Below, piece after piece: positions 7,064 to 7,562 of a stretch of DNA of 7,562 nt. The notes below the pieces were generated by a model, which was not told the DNA's origin, did no database searches, and saw only the letters and a list, made by a program, of their open reading frames with translations. The position numbers and the translations under genes are program-made. How positions within the stretch are numbered: the stretch's first letter is position 1; each line of letters starts with the position of its first letter. Source of the DNA: Octopus sinensis (taxonomy: Eukaryota); the NCBI RefSeq assembly GCF_006345805.1, contig NW_021828859.1:1-7562 (forward strand), read 5' to 3'.

Positions 7064-7444
7064 ACTCTCTCTCTTTTACTCTTTTACTTGTTTCAGTCAT
7101 TTGACTGCGGCCATGCTTGAGCACCGCCTTTAGTCGAGCAAATCGACCCGGAACTTATTCTTTGTAAGCCCAGTACTTACTCTATCGGTCTCTTTTGCCG
7201 AACCGCTAAGTGACAGGGACATAAACACACCAGCATCGGTTGTCAAGAATGCTAGGGGGACAAAAACAACACACACACCATATATATATAATATACATAT
7301 ATACGACAGGCTTCTTTCAGTTTCCGTCTACCAATTTCACTCACAAGGCATTGGTTGGCCCGGGGCTATAGCAGAAGACACTTGCCCAAGATGCCACGCA
7401 GTGGGACTGAACCTGGAACCATGTGGTTGGTTAGCAAGCTACTT
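7064..7444 (-). mobile_element. SINE family A copy lacking about 20 bp at its 5' end, including the A box
   Basis: Aligns with about 5930-6309. Homology stops at AAGCTACTT (7444). The B box GGTTCAGTCCC is retained at 7403-7413. Confidence 0.93.
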
Positions 7445-7477
7445 TATTTCATATAATTTGCCATTTAGGCATTTACA

Positions 7478-7502
7478 AGAGGGGGACAAACAAGGACAGA
7501 CA
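7478..7502 (-). mobile_element. Short fragment of SINE family B
   Basis: AGAGGGGGACAAACAAGGACAGACA matches 4436-4459 (AGAGGGGACAAACAAGGACAGACA) with one indel. Confidence 0.7.
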
Positions 7503-7562
7503 CATATAAAGGGTGAAGTAGCTTAACACAGTTAAATTTTCGAATGAAATTACGGATAAGAT

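Noticed and set aside
6629-7120. 163-aa ORF with three 51-aa repeats (FQSFDCGHAG...)
   Set aside because: It is open only because the 153-bp unit is a multiple of 3 and lacks a stop in that frame. About 40% of each unit is antisense SINE tail, and the ORF ends inside the SINE. There is no evidence of coding constraint.
6606-7125. CRISPR-like repeat-spacer appearance
   Set aside because: The 'spacers' (X) are near-identical rather than unique, the lengths (60/92 bp) are wrong, there are no cas genes, and the context is eukaryotic.

Overview
Non-coding, repeat-saturated, AT-rich eukaryotic DNA. The SINE sequences and dense (TA)n/(CA)n/(CT)n microsatellites point to an octopus (coleoid cephalopod) genome; this is an inference from recognising the repeat families, not a database result. 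No protein-coding gene can be supported: nearly all ORFs in the track are translations of dinucleotide repeats ([14 protein letters not shown]) or of SINEs. Contents: (i) an element of about 950 bp (470-1416) bounded by about 200-bp direct repeats of about 96% identity, embedded in (TA)n and organised like a Penelope-type partial tandem; (ii) two tRNA-derived SINE families, all copies on the minus strand (family A at 1533-1679, 5928-6329 and 7064-7444; family B at 4399-4625 plus a fragment at 7478-7502); (iii) a young 153-bp tandem array (6606-7063) made of a SINE 3' tail plus a 92-bp unrelated segment; (iv) many compound microsatellites. The most striking observation is inside the 200-bp direct repeat. 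All three strands of a hammerhead ribozyme core are present in exact register, but in an order matching none of the three canonical circular permutations, so it could fold only as a pseudoknot or across tandem copies. Both copies here are mutated at C3, so activity is unproven.
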